DNA of 64,000 nucleotides from a virus: positions 60,120-124,119 of the IMG/VR virus record IMGVR_UViG_3300035698_016128, one strand, 5' to 3'. How positions within the stretch are numbered: the first letter of the stretch is position 1; each line of letters opens with the position of its first letter. The position numbers and the translations under genes were made by a program. The notes under the pieces were generated by a model. That model was given only the letters and a program-made list of their open reading frames with translations. It made no database searches and was not told the origin of the DNA. Positions 1-8,915 of the stretch are shown here, in pieces.

Positions 1-92
1 TTCTTCTTTACTGGCTTGCGCACAGGCTTCTTCTCGGCCTCGTCCATGAACTCACCAAGCGAAACCGTCTTCTTCTTAGTCGCCACGTACAT
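1..92 (-). CDS. Lys-rich hypothetical protein, 5' part only (runs off window)
   Basis: ATG at 92 with GGGGG RBS; MYVATKKKTVSLGEFMDEAEKKPVRK; overlaps the stop of the upstream gene. Confidence 0.5.
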   Translation of the reverse strand, partial: MYVATKKKTVSLGEFMDEAEKKPVRKPVKK

Positions 93-582
93 CCCCCATA
101 TTAACTACCTTATCGCCCTTTGTAGGCTTGAGCTTCTTCTTCTTGTGCAGACTACCGGAGAGACTATCCTGATACCTGTCGGAAATGGTATCAAGCGAAC
201 CAGTTGCGGTCTTGGAAGTAACATCCCCAGGAGTATCGAGCCGTTGCTCGTGCTGGAGCTTTGCCACGATGTCCACAAGCTTCTTCGTGGACACCTCTTC
301 CAAATCACCCTCGACAGCACGAACCTGTAACTCCTCATACAGCGTAGGCAACAGCCTTGCCACCTGTATGCGACGGAAGTCCTGGTCGACACCTTCGATC
401 TGATTAATTGCCGAATCAATAGCCTCAATAAAATCAGGACGCCGGGTCCACTTGCCAACGGCATTCTGCGAAACGCCAAGGCGTTCGGCTATCTCAGCCT
501 TTGAAAGATTAGTTTGTGCAAGGTATTTCACAGCTTTCTTCTGCTTTGCACTTAGCGAAGTAGGGAATTCAATCTCGGGCAT
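76..582 (-). CDS. HTH protein, terminase small subunit-like
   Basis: GGAGG RBS before MPEIEF; HTH (LSKAEIAERLGVSQNAVGKW) followed by a helical region and basic tail, a typical TerS layout. Confidence 0.55.
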   Translation of the reverse strand: MPEIEFPTSLSAKQKKAVKYLAQTNLSKAEIAERLGVSQNAVGKWTRRPDFIEAIDSAINQIEGVDQDFRRIQVARLLPTLYEELQVRAVEGDLEEVSTKKLVDIVAKLQHEQRLDTPGDVTSKTATGSLDTISDRYQDSLSGSLHKKKKLKPTKGDKVVNMGDVRGD

Positions 583-651
583 GGTATTCCTCCTTATGAG
601 ACAAAAATACAATAGTTTGGTATACAAAGTCAACATGTCACAAACATGTCA

Positions 652-678
652 CAAAAAAAAACGGGCCAAAAGGCCCGT
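652..678 (-). terminator. Rho-independent terminator after the exonuclease
   Basis: ACGGGCC-TTTT-GGCCCGT hairpin followed by a T run on the minus strand. Confidence 0.75.
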
Positions 679-722
679 CTCAAGTGCGTTCTATTATTGG
701 TAATCATTTTTCTCTTGTAATA

Positions 723-1694
723 CTACCGCCCTTTCTTCTGCGGTACCCGCCTCGCCCCCACGCCATACACTGATCCGCTATTGCCAAGGAATTTCATTGG
801 CCTCATGCTGGCAATCGAAACCCGTTCGACATTGCGAAGAAAACTGATCATCTTGTATTTGCGCACCACAGCTCTTAACTTGCTACGCTTATGTGTGAAA
901 TGAAACATGCTTCCGATAACGCCTTCACCAGTACGCAACTTAACAAGCTTGCGGTTACGCATATAATCTTCGTACTTATCATCCGCTAACTCGCCCAAGG
1001 TACCACCACGTATCATAGCCGTCGCTGTCTTGGGGCCAATGCCTTTGACACCTGGGATGTTATCAACCTTGTCACCATCAAGAGCCAAGTAATCAATATG
1101 CTCATTTGGCTCAAACCCGAAACGCTTTCTAAACCGTGCTCTGTTCATGACTACATCACCACGGCAATGCATCTGCACCGTACACTTGGCTGTAGCCTCA
1201 ATGAGTTGAAAGAAGTCCTTATCCTCGGAAACAATCACCACCTTATCATCTGGCCCCTTGCACCGCTTCTTGCATAGCTTGACGGCACGGGCCACAACAT
1301 CATCAGCCTCCCATGCAAGACTGCTGTATATAACCGTAATGCTCATATTGGAAAGGAACTCCATCAGCATCAGGAATCCGTCACCAACCTCATCGTCTAA
1401 GGTTCGCCCTTCCTTGTAGGTAGGCAACAGCTTGGCCCGTTCAGAAATCACCGGCGGGAGCCCCCTAGACGGCGCTACGCCCCTTTTCATGCTTGCATAT
1501 AGGTGAGCGCTAGGGTCAAAGGCAATGACCGTGTGACAGGGCTGATACATGGCATTGATGCGAATGATGGTTCTCATTACACCGTAGGCAATACCGGTCT
1601 TAACGGGTTCGCCATCAATGACCATGGAAAGCTTCGAATGCACGTGCTTACTTTTGTGCAGAGCCAGATTCCCATCTATTACCACGAAGTTCAT
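723..1694 (-). CDS. 5'-3' exonuclease / flap endonuclease (PolI N-terminal / T5 D15-like)
   Basis: Motifs VIDGN, IAFD, WEADDVV, SEDKDFFQL, LDGDKVDNIPGVKGIGPKTA (H3TH). Confidence 0.92.
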   Translation of the reverse strand: MNFVVIDGNLALHKSKHVHSKLSMVIDGEPVKTGIAYGVMRTIIRINAMYQPCHTVIAFDPSAHLYASMKRGVAPSRGLPPVISERAKLLPTYKEGRTLDDEVGDGFLMLMEFLSNMSITVIYSSLAWEADDVVARAVKLCKKRCKGPDDKVVIVSEDKDFFQLIEATAKCTVQMHCRGDVVMNRARFRKRFGFEPNEHIDYLALDGDKVDNIPGVKGIGPKTATAMIRGGTLGELADDKYEDYMRNRKLVKLRTGEGVIGSMFHFTHKRSKLRAVVRKYKMISFLRNVERVSIASMRPMKFLGNSGSVYGVGARRVPQKKGR

Positions 1695-1702
1695 ACCGCC
1701 TC

Positions 1703-1981
1703 CTACAGACGAGTTGATTTCAACGTTACATTCTTGAACCCATGCATCGCCATGATTGCAAGATGAGACATTCCTATCGACCGAGCCTTCAGTCCACCAA
1801 GCTCACGCCTTGCAGTGGCGAGAGCAGTCGTTTTTGTTTTGTCATAATAAAAGCACAGTTCCTTCCTGACCTGTGTGCTACCGTCGACTTCCTGCGCCAT
1901 TATCAAACTCTTCTTGGCAATGCGTACACAGTCACATACCTTCAACTTGCCTTCCGGTGTAAGGACTACGAATTGCGCCAT
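1703..1981 (-). CDS. hypothetical protein
   Basis: GGAGG RBS; tightly packed with neighbours. Confidence 0.6.
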   Translation of the reverse strand: MAQFVVLTPEGKLKVCDCVRIAKKSLIMAQEVDGSTQVRKELCFYYDKTKTTALATARRELGGLKARSIGMSHLAIMAMHGFKNVTLKSTRL

Positions 1982-2190
1982 TACATTCCTCCATTTCGTA
2001 TGTTGATATCTGCTTGCAACGCCTTCCTCATGAAACTTACCCTACCAGCGTAACCTATCTCTGGTCGTACCTTGGTACCGCCTGACCTATTGCATAAATC
2101 CTCGTCATAATTCGAACACTTTCCAGTTATGCAACGACAACTCATAAAATCTGTTCTCACGAACCGGCAACGCATAGGCTTGCGTTTCAT
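1981..2190 (-). CDS. small Cys-rich hypothetical protein
   Basis: ORF coupled to the next gene. Confidence 0.55.
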   Translation of the reverse strand: MKRKPMRCRFVRTDFMSCRCITGKCSNYDEDLCNRSGGTKVRPEIGYAGRVSFMRKALQADINIRNGGM

Positions 2191-2210
2191 ATAGTCGTCT
2201 CCGCTAGTAA

Positions 2211-2516
2211 CTACCCATTCACCGCAATCGGCTTCTCACAGCGCTCCTCGCTACAGCCATCAGTCCCATAATATACCAGAGGGGTATCCATTGCTTCTTC
2301 ATATGCGTCAGCCGCATCGTGTTCTTTCCGTTCAGTGTCTCCGGTCTTATAAATTAAAATGAGCGCACGGCAATGACCACATACAAATGCGCCATCGTCG
2401 GCACTCATGAAGCTCGCATCATAGAAAAGTCCAAACCCACAATCAGGGCATATTGGGTTCTTCATACGCTTCTTCTCAAAAGCTTCATTTTGTTTTTTCT
2501 TTTTGAAAGGCCACAT
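2211..2516 (-). CDS. Zn-ribbon protein
   Basis: CPDC...CGHC. Confidence 0.6.
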   Translation of the reverse strand: MWPFKKKKQNEAFEKKRMKNPICPDCGFGLFYDASFMSADDGAFVCGHCRALILIYKTGDTERKEHDAADAYEEAMDTPLVYYGTDGCSEERCEKPIAVNG

Positions 2517-2517
2517 G

Positions 2518-2760
2518 CTAACCTCCCCGCCTCTTCAGCTTCTCGCGTATTGCTTCCAACGAACCAACCACAACCGACCCAAGTGACTCCTCAGCACATA
2601 CCTCCTCCAACGTCACCTTTGGTCCAGTGTAAACGCTATTAAAAGATTTACCAATTGCCGTCATAGCCTCACTGAATTCATTTACTGAAAAGGTGGTATT
2701 CGCCATGGCTTCAGAGAATGCCTCCAGGTTGATACTTAAGCCCTCTGGTAGCAGTGCCAT
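2518..2760 (-). CDS. hypothetical protein
   Basis: Likely start MALLPEG; packed in operon. Confidence 0.5.
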   Translation of the reverse strand: MALLPEGLSINLEAFSEAMANTTFSVNEFSEAMTAIGKSFNSVYTGPKVTLEEVCAEESLGSVVVGSLEAIREKLKRRGG

Positions 2761-3139
2761 TCTTGCGCCCCTTACGGTATGCGTTAAACTCATGCAGTGG
2801 CATTGCGCCACAGTCTAGCCTAAGCATCTTACTTTGCTTTTCACGCTTCAGAATATTGTCCCAATTCATATAGCGCCAGATCAACTCTCTTATGTTCGGT
2901 ATTTCTTTTGATTCAGGGTAGTGCTTCCGCATGCTCCTATCAAACGCCCTTCCCTTGATCGGGCCACGCAACGGAACGCCATAGTGCTTCAGGAATGCCT
3001 TGTTAAACCGCGTAGAGTACCTCTCAACACTCTTGTGGACTTTGATTGCATCATGGACTAGCCCGAAACCGTATGCCATCTCAACACGGAGTCTAAACAC
3101 ATATCGCTTAGCCATTCCCTCAAGTGTCTTTCCGCCCAT
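2711..3139 (-). CDS. hypothetical protein
   Basis: GGAGGG RBS; 142 aa. Confidence 0.6.
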   Translation of the reverse strand: MGGKTLEGMAKRYVFRLRVEMAYGFGLVHDAIKVHKSVERYSTRFNKAFLKHYGVPLRGPIKGRAFDRSMRKHYPESKEIPNIRELIWRYMNWDNILKREKQSKMLRLDCGAMPLHEFNAYRKGRKNGTATRGLKYQPGGIL

Positions 3140-3222
3140 GAAGCCCTCCTAGTATCACCCCCAAACTCATACAATCAATTCATCCAGTTCACAGTATACA
3201 ACAAGGATTACCTTATTACAAA

Positions 3223-3612
3223 CTAATGCAGAGGGTCACCCGGTTGCCATAACACTCGCCTGCTCATGACTTCCCTTATTTTTTGGCTACGCAGGAACTT
3301 CTGAAGCAAATCCATGATGAGGCCAACAGCCAGATCCTTATTCGTGCAATTGTGGTCCCAACCAAAGGTCTCGGTATCGGTATTGAAGCCAATATCAACT
3401 TCGTAAAGCTCCTTGTACTTTGCGGCCCGAATGTCCTTGCCTCTATCAAGCTGAGTTTCAAGGAAGGCACTCAGGAACTTTATAGCGGCCTCTTCGTCGG
3501 CAAGGTTTGTGTAGAAGCAGGTATCGCGGAACTCTTCATCAACCACAGCCACATCAATCAGCATCCAAATATTCATATCCACATCATCAGGACTACCAGT
3601 GTCCGTTTCCAT
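3223..3612 (-). CDS. hypothetical protein
   Basis: GGGGGAG RBS; 129 aa. Confidence 0.6.
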   Translation of the reverse strand: METDTGSPDDVDMNIWMLIDVAVVDEEFRDTCFYTNLADEEAAIKFLSAFLETQLDRGKDIRAAKYKELYEVDIGFNTDTETFGWDHNCTNKDLAVGLIMDLLQKFLRSQKIREVMSRRVLWQPGDPLH

Positions 3613-3622
3613 ATTTCTCCCC

Positions 3623-4144
3623 CTACGGCAAATTGTTGATTGCGTCCTGGGCTTCCATAAGGACTAAATCTCTGTCGAGTGGCACTTCTGAGAACCACGA
3701 TATCGACGCGTCCTTCTTATCACCGGCATTGCACATGACATAATACCACACGTACCCCGGAGGCGCATACTCAAGCAGGGTCCACATGCCGTCAGCGGTT
3801 CTGAACCCAAAGGAGGAATCGCCTTCGCGTATGATCGTATTGATTGGCACGTATGGCGAAAGCTCTGCCTCCGTAAACATCTTCCAAGGCTCGTTGGTCC
3901 TCCCGGTGTACTTCCATGTTTTCTGAAAGAAGGCCCACATGCAGTTATCAACCTCCCACGGCGCAGTATCATCGTCGGTAACGACCAAGTCGCCAATCGT
4001 GTACTTGGCTATGGGCCTATCCGGGGCGGTGATAGCAACGGCAGGAAAGATTATGAAGTAGGCCAGGATGATTGCCAACGATAACAATAGATAATTTCTG
4101 CTTGTCACTTGCTTCCCCCTCTCTACCTGTTGCCTATCTCCCAC
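3623..4144 (-). CDS. membrane-anchored hypothetical protein
   Basis: N-terminal hydrophobic helix LLLSLAIILAYFIIFPAVAI; two Trp/Tyr-rich beta repeats. Confidence 0.6.
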   Translation of the reverse strand: MGDRQQVERGKQVTSRNYLLLSLAIILAYFIIFPAVAITAPDRPIAKYTIGDLVVTDDDTAPWEVDNCMWAFFQKTWKYTGRTNEPWKMFTEAELSPYVPINTIIREGDSSFGFRTADGMWTLLEYAPPGYVWYYVMCNAGDKKDASISWFSEVPLDRDLVLMEAQDAINNLP

Positions 4145-4650
4145 AGGATCTGTCGGGATTCAACTACCGTAAGCCCACGGCTCTCCAGCATTGACGGCAA
4201 TTCGATTACGGGCTGGCCTTTCCTCGGGTACTCGGTAATCTCCTTGTACACACCTGCGGGTATGCTTCCGTCGAAGTGCGCACGGAAGGCGATAACGTCA
4301 CATGACTGTACCATATCACGGAACATTTCCATACCAGTACCACCGGCGTCCTTCTCGGCAATACACGCGGCCTGTGTCTCGGGGGTATTCGGGTTCAGCA
4401 CGGTAAACCCAAGGGCTTCGAGAAGAGCCACATCGCGCCTCTCCTGCTTGGTTCCGTACAGGTGCAGGGAATGCGCATAATATACAGACTTCACACCATC
4501 AGGCTTTCCGAGTGCATAAGAATCTTTTCCCGCCATACTCGCACCAGCCTTTCTCAGAGCTTCCTCATCGCTCATGAATTTGGGAAAAAGGATTTCAATA
4601 TTAACGTCTTCATCATGTGGCCTACATGGGCCTTTAAATCGTTTGCTCAT
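4123..4650 (-). CDS. nucleoside 2-deoxyribosyltransferase-like (NDT-fold) protein
   Basis: VYYAHS...GFTVLNPN...CDVI...AGVYKEI...GQPV pattern. Confidence 0.55.
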   Translation of the reverse strand: MSKRFKGPCRPHDEDVNIEILFPKFMSDEEALRKAGASMAGKDSYALGKPDGVKSVYYAHSLHLYGTKQERRDVALLEALGFTVLNPNTPETQAACIAEKDAGGTGMEMFRDMVQSCDVIAFRAHFDGSIPAGVYKEITEYPRKGQPVIELPSMLESRGLTVVESRQILWEIGNR

Positions 4651-4826
4651 AATGTTTTATCTCTCCTTTGTGTCTAAACCATGAAGATAATGCGGGTCTT
4701 TCTTCTTATCAAATATTTTAAACGTGGGTCGTAGCTTATACGAGCCAATGGTCAACAGATTATGGTCAACCCATCGCCATGTACGTTTGACCTTCTTGAT
4801 AGAACTCCTCACTCGCCGTTTGAATT

Positions 4827-5129
4827 TCATTCGTCATCCATTTGCATCAGCTCTTGATTATTTATTTTGAGATTGAATTGCAACTCCCGGTACTCTTGCA
4901 AATCATTCCGGTTCCAATCGCCCTCCTGTTCTCCAGTATCCCTATACCTATCTTCAATCATCCATATCCTCTTCTTCATTGACATCGAATCGTCTGATTT
5001 AATCTTTCTATCAAGACGGTTGGCGACTTGTTGTAAATCAGAAGAGTGGGCGAAATACTCCAGGGCTCCGGCGACCATAGCAACCAGAGTAAATAGCGTA
5101 ACGAGCAGTGTAGCAAATTTCTTATTCAT
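4827..5129 (-). CDS. single-pass membrane protein with coiled coil
   Basis: N-terminal TM helix. Confidence 0.55.
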   Translation of the reverse strand: MNKKFATLLVTLFTLVAMVAGALEYFAHSSDLQQVANRLDRKIKSDDSMSMKKRIWMIEDRYRDTGEQEGDWNRNDLQEYRELQFNLKINNQELMQMDDE

Positions 5130-5403
5130 CTTTCTTCTCCTTCAATACGGCGTTAGCCATCACTCCACTATCTCGTTCCAGAATCGCCAGCGAGTAGTCA
5201 TGCTCCCATAGCTCGTCGTGGGTCTCCTTTCGTCCTAAGTCTTCGCAGTGATCGCGGTACCATCCCAGAGCTTCTCGTAATTTCTTCACCTCAGTGAGTA
5301 GTTGCCAGATATAAGCTTCGTGAATCGGTACAGTCGTACCTGCTGATAACTCCGACTGAGTTCGTTGGGGCAGGTAGGCTTGAATCGCTTTCAGGTCAAT
5401 CAT
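5122..5403 (-). CDS. hypothetical protein
   Basis: GGAGG RBS before MIDLKAI. Confidence 0.55.
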   Translation of the reverse strand: MIDLKAIQAYLPQRTQSELSAGTTVPIHEAYIWQLLTEVKKLREALGWYRDHCEDLGRKETHDELWEHDYSLAILERDSGVMANAVLKEKKDE

Positions 5404-5433
5404 AACTCCTCCTTTTCGGGCCATAGGCACGAG

Positions 5434-5823
5434 TTACGGACACTTACAATCGCACTTCGTTAGGTGCTCTATAAATACTTTGACGGATGCCTCTATATCC
5501 TTTCCCTCCCAACGAAAATTCGGCTCTCCGTCGTTATCAGTATCGTCCCAGAGAATACTACCGACTTCTCCTTCAACTCCACCGCCAAACGTCACAGCCG
5601 TGTAGGGGGCATACATCGTAGCGGCATACAGAGCAGAATCATCAAACGATTTAACAGAGAATGCCTCAAGGATTACATCGTCATTGACATAAATCTCTCC
5701 TGTTGAAGGAAGCTCCACAATGTCTATATCGCCAGCGGCACTCTCACGGTCCCCAATCGACATTACCGCCAAGGCGATTAGCACAAAGCCGATTAGTATA
5801 ACCAAAGTTATTGATTCTCTCAT
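5434..5823 (-). CDS. secreted or membrane hypothetical protein
   Basis: N-terminal hydrophobic helix. Confidence 0.55.
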   Translation of the reverse strand: MRESITLVILIGFVLIALAVMSIGDRESAAGDIDIVELPSTGEIYVNDDVILEAFSVKSFDDSALYAATMYAPYTAVTFGGGVEGEVGSILWDDTDNDGEPNFRWEGKDIEASVKVFIEHLTKCDCKCP

Positions 5824-5834
5824 AACTCATAACT

Positions 5835-6307
5835 CCTCCCATTACGTTTTGATTTAATTAATCTACATGACGAATCATTGCATTAAGCCTGTATTCTAAT
5901 GATTCATTTTCTTTCTTTAATCGCTCGTTCTCGGCCTGGAGTTCTCTTCGATCCGGCATCATGCACAACGGGCAAACCGGCAACTCTGTGTCGAAAGGCT
6001 CGCTGTTCTCTTTCTTCAACCGATCCACCTCCTCCAGCAGGGTGTCCCGATGCTCCCTGATTGTTTTGTGATAGAGGCACTCCGTCACAGGTTCATTTAC
6101 GGCATAATCGAACCGGCACGAACAGATGCCTTCGTTTTCCTCTGCCTCATCAACAGCCTCTTGTTCCAGCAGACCAATTCTGTCCAGCAGGGTGCGGATG
6201 TCTGTTGCGGTAAACTCCACAATGCAGAATGGTGGGTTGTATCGTTCGTACTTATCACGAATCTCTTGCAGGTCATCCATACCCACCTCCCATTACGTTT
6301 TGATTTA
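5835..6307. repeat. 22-bp identical direct repeat CCTCCCATTACGTTTTGATTTA at 5835-5856 and 6286-6307
   Basis: Read directly from the sequence. Confidence 0.9.
5858..6286 (-). CDS. coiled-coil hypothetical protein
   Basis: GGGAGG RBS; flanked by 22-bp direct repeats. Confidence 0.55.
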   Translation of the reverse strand: MGMDDLQEIRDKYERYNPPFCIVEFTATDIRTLLDRIGLLEQEAVDEAEENEGICSCRFDYAVNEPVTECLYHKTIREHRDTLLEEVDRLKKENSEPFDTELPVCPLCMMPDRRELQAENERLKKENESLEYRLNAMIRHVD

Positions 6308-6640
6308 GTTTATCTATTTGTTGTTTATCTATTTGTTGTTTATCTGATCGCTGTGCTGTTTATGGTTGGTTATTGGGCTTTCCTTATTATGTACCACTTA
6401 TGCCCTGAAAAGCCAAGGGGATGGGGAAATAATTCATTTGTTTGATTTTGAGGGGCTGAACAGGCTGGCAGGCTAGAAAGGGGCTAATGGGGTATATGAG
6501 GGCTTTGTGGGTATATATAATGATATGCGTGTGAGTGGGTGTTGAGTAAGTGTTGAATGAGTGGGAATGAGTGTGAGTGAGTGTGAATTGGTGTGAGTGA
6601 GTGTGAGTGGGGGTTGATGCGGGTATGAGGGTGTGCGGGG
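6305..6640. repeat. G/T-skewed low-complexity tract: 15-bp GTTTATCTATTTGTT tandem and GTGTGAGTGA-like microsatellite
   Basis: Read directly from the sequence. Confidence 0.8.
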
Positions 6641-6850
6641 ATTCGTCCCAAGTGACGGTTAAATGGGACAAATAGGTATGAACCCGCCATGTTTGCCGAA
6701 TTGAACTCGCATAGTGTTTATTATTCGTCCGATATGGCTACAGGTGGGGATAAATGGGGTATCTACTCGTATATACGTAAAAATGGGATGGGGTTTTTTT
6801 GGGAGGGGCAGGTTTTGTTTCAATGTGAGACCTTCGAGTGGTCTATAGGA

Positions 6851-6892
6851 GTTTCGTAGCGGGTTCGAGTGGTTTCGTAGCGGGTTCGAGTG
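6851..6892. repeat. 21-bp tandem repeat x2 (GTTTCGTAGCGGGTTCGAGTG)
   Basis: Read directly from the sequence. Confidence 0.9.
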
Positions 6893-7198
6893 GGGCAGTA
6901 CAACAAGTTGTGTTTTGGTAGATCGTATACAACTTATTGTACAGAGTTACAAAACTCGGGGACGTAGGAAAATGGGGACCCCCGACACGTGGTTACGTTT
7001 TTGTAACATATGCGTATATATTTGTAACAAGTTTTCGGCAGTATTCGCACGCGGTTTTCGCATGCAAGAATTGCAATACGAAATATGTACCCACGTGCGA
7101 AAAACGTAATACGAAACCGTACCAGTACGAAAACGTAACAACATGACAGAAACGTAATCACATTACGAAAGCGTAACAACGTGACGAAAACGTAACAA

Positions 7199-7282
7199 GG
7201 CAGGCAGGGTGACAGCAGGCAGGCAGGGTGACAGCAGGCAGGCAGGGTGACAGCAGGCAGGCAGGGTGACAGCAGGCAGGCA
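7199..7282. repeat. 19-bp perfect tandem repeat x4 plus a partial copy (GGCAGGCAGGGTGACAGCA)
   Basis: Read directly from the sequence. Confidence 0.95.
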
Positions 7283-7314
7283 AAAAAACCCAAGTGACGA
7301 AAAACGGCGTTTCG

Positions 7315-7331
7315 GTGACGTATTACGTCAC
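7315..7331. promoter_or_regulatory. palindrome GTGACGTA-T-TACGTCAC, candidate enhancer/operator
   Basis: Perfect 8-bp arms about 120 bp upstream of the sigma54 promoter at 7449. Confidence 0.5.
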
Positions 7332-7448
7332 TTTCTTGCCTATTTTCAGGGTGCCATATTGACAGAAAAAAAGCTTGAAAAAAAACTTTCGCCTACAAGT
7401 TATTGTATTCATTACATAAAAAAAAACTTTGTACAATTTCTTGTATGT

Positions 7449-7464
7449 TGGCACACGGCATGCA
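7449..7464 (+). promoter_or_regulatory. sigma54 (-24/-12) promoter
   Basis: TGGCACACGGCATGCA, GG-N10-GC; intergenic, upstream of an operon. Confidence 0.7.
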
Positions 7465-7622
7465 ATGCATAGGGTTGATTCGAACACAGCGTCACGCCAG
7501 CCCCAACTAAGTAAATGGCGAAACACAAGGCACCCGAAAGTCAAGGGTGAAAGGCAAGAAGAAAGCCTGCCGAAATAGGAAACCGCCCTTAAGGGTGCCA
7601 CTTAAAATGCGTTTCCAAAAAA

Positions 7623-8188
7623 TTCTAGTTTTTGGCTTTGCAAGCCGTTTCCGTTTTCCTTCAGAAAGGTAGGTGCCATATGGCGAAAGCCAAAAAGCGC
7701 TTCCTGTCAATGAAGGAAATGATGTATTTTCATTTCCTTGCTATTGCAACGGCAGGGGAAAGCACCCTGAAAGCTGGGGCGCTTCTGAAGGCCTATCACG
7801 GGGGGAAAGAAACTTCCCGTGAGGTTGGCAATGTGACCGGCGAATTGTTCGCACCTGCTATCATGCTTCGGCACCTTGAAAGCTTCGGCACAGTTTCAAG
7901 CGCAGAAGCGAATGACGGCACAATCATTCGCCTGTTTGACGGCTTCGGCAAAGAAAGCTTCCGGGTTTTCTTTTCCAAGCGGGGAAAATGGGCGGGCCGC
8001 TATGGTGTTTCTGGCGCAGTGAAAAGCGCTATGGAAAACGCCCTGCCTGATTGTTCCTTTGACTGGGAACAGCAGGGCACAAAAAATTACTTCTTCTCAG
8101 GGAACAATGAAGCGCTTCTGCGCTTCGCACCCTGACAGGCAGTAATCAACCGGGAAACGGAAACGGCTTGCAAAACCCAAAACTAGAA
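7623..8188. repeat. 34-bp inverted repeat pair (7623-7656 / 8155-8188) bracketing a gene
   Basis: TTCTAGTTTTTGGCTTTGCAAGCCGTTTCCGTTT vs AAACGGAAACGGCTTGCAAAACCCAAAACTAGAA; 2 mismatches. Confidence 0.9.
7680..8135 (+). CDS. early protein of unknown family, paralog A
   Basis: RBS AAAGGTAGG; clear paralog of 9934-10440 (AYHGGK, NDGT, SKRGKW, FGVSG/YGVSG, KNY.FSGN). Confidence 0.85.
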   Translation: MAKAKKRFLSMKEMMYFHFLAIATAGESTLKAGALLKAYHGGKETSREVGNVTGELFAPAIMLRHLESFGTVSSAEANDGTIIRLFDGFGKESFRVFFSKRGKWAGRYGVSGAVKSAMENALPDCSFDWEQQGTKNYFFSGNNEALLRFAP

Positions 8189-8204
8189 CAAGAAAGGGGA
8201 AACC

Positions 8205-8291
8205 ATGGAAATTTTTCTTTTTGGCTGTTTTTGGTTTAGCCTGTTTTGCAGTTTCGTCATTCTTTGCATCATGCTCAGCAACAAGTGGTAG
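8205..8291 (+). CDS. 28-aa hydrophobic micropeptide
   Basis: AGGGGAAACC-ATG; MEIFLFGCFWFSLFCSFVILCIMLSNKW. Confidence 0.6.
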   Translation: MEIFLFGCFWFSLFCSFVILCIMLSNKW

Positions 8292-8303
8292 TAGGGGGAA
8301 ACC

Positions 8304-8426
8304 ATGTTAGAAAGCTTGCACCTTCAGTTTTTCACATTGTTCGTTGATGCTGAAGCGCTTCTGTTTTGGAAAAGGGCGTTTCAGGCTTCGGAAAGCATAA
8401 CCGGGGAAAACTGGTTTGTTTTCTGA
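8304..8426 (+). CDS. 40-aa micropeptide
   Basis: AGGGGGAAACC-ATG; MLESLHLQFFTLFVDAEALLFWKRAFQASESITGENWFVF. Confidence 0.6.
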   Translation: MLESLHLQFFTLFVDAEALLFWKRAFQASESITGENWFVF

Positions 8427-8481
8427 GAAAACCGGGGGGAAGGAAACTTCCCCCCCTACAATTTCTTGTAAAGGGGAAACC

Positions 8482-8592
8482 ATGATTTTAGGCTTCTACT
8501 TGATTGCCAACAGGCCGGTTTTCTTGATGCTCACAAACGTGGGGGAAGTTGATCAACTGTTCCAGAAAACAATATGGCTTCAGTTTGTTTGA
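8482..8592 (+). CDS. 36-aa micropeptide
   Basis: AGGGGAAACC-ATG; MILGFYLIANRPVFLMLTNVGEVDQLFQKTIWLQFV. Confidence 0.6.
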   Translation: MILGFYLIANRPVFLMLTNVGEVDQLFQKTIWLQFV

Positions 8593-8641
8593 AGCCGTCA
8601 ACCGGGGGGAAGGAAACTTCCCCCCCCAGAAAGGGGAAAAA

Positions 8642-8851
8642 ATGGAATACGAACACCCAAAAATGAGGAACAAGTTTTTTAAGTTTCTTGGTGACAGCGT
8701 GCTTGAACCACTTTTCTACAAGCTTGGCTTGTGGTACGGCTGTGATGACTGTGATGACTGCGTGAACCACTGGGTTTACAAGGTTTCCGGTTGCAAGGTG
8801 TGCACGCAAAGGAAGTGTGGCAAAATTCTTGACGCAGTGATTTGGAAGTAG
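8642..8851 (+). CDS. small Cys-rich (Zn-binding) protein
   Basis: AAAGGGG RBS; CDDCDDC...CKVC...C. Confidence 0.7.
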   Translation: MEYEHPKMRNKFFKFLGDSVLEPLFYKLGLWYGCDDCDDCVNHWVYKVSGCKVCTQRKCGKILDAVIWK

Positions 8852-8915
8852 GTCAACCGGGGGGAAGGAAACTTCCCCCCAAGCTTTTACAACTTCTTGC
8901 AGAAAGGAAACTGAT

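Noticed and set aside
7199-7282. 19-bp repeats as a CRISPR array
   Set aside because: Copies are head-to-tail with no spacers.
6387-7601. ORF-track entries in the repeat zone
   Set aside because: They are translations of tandem or low-complexity repeats with no convincing RBS.
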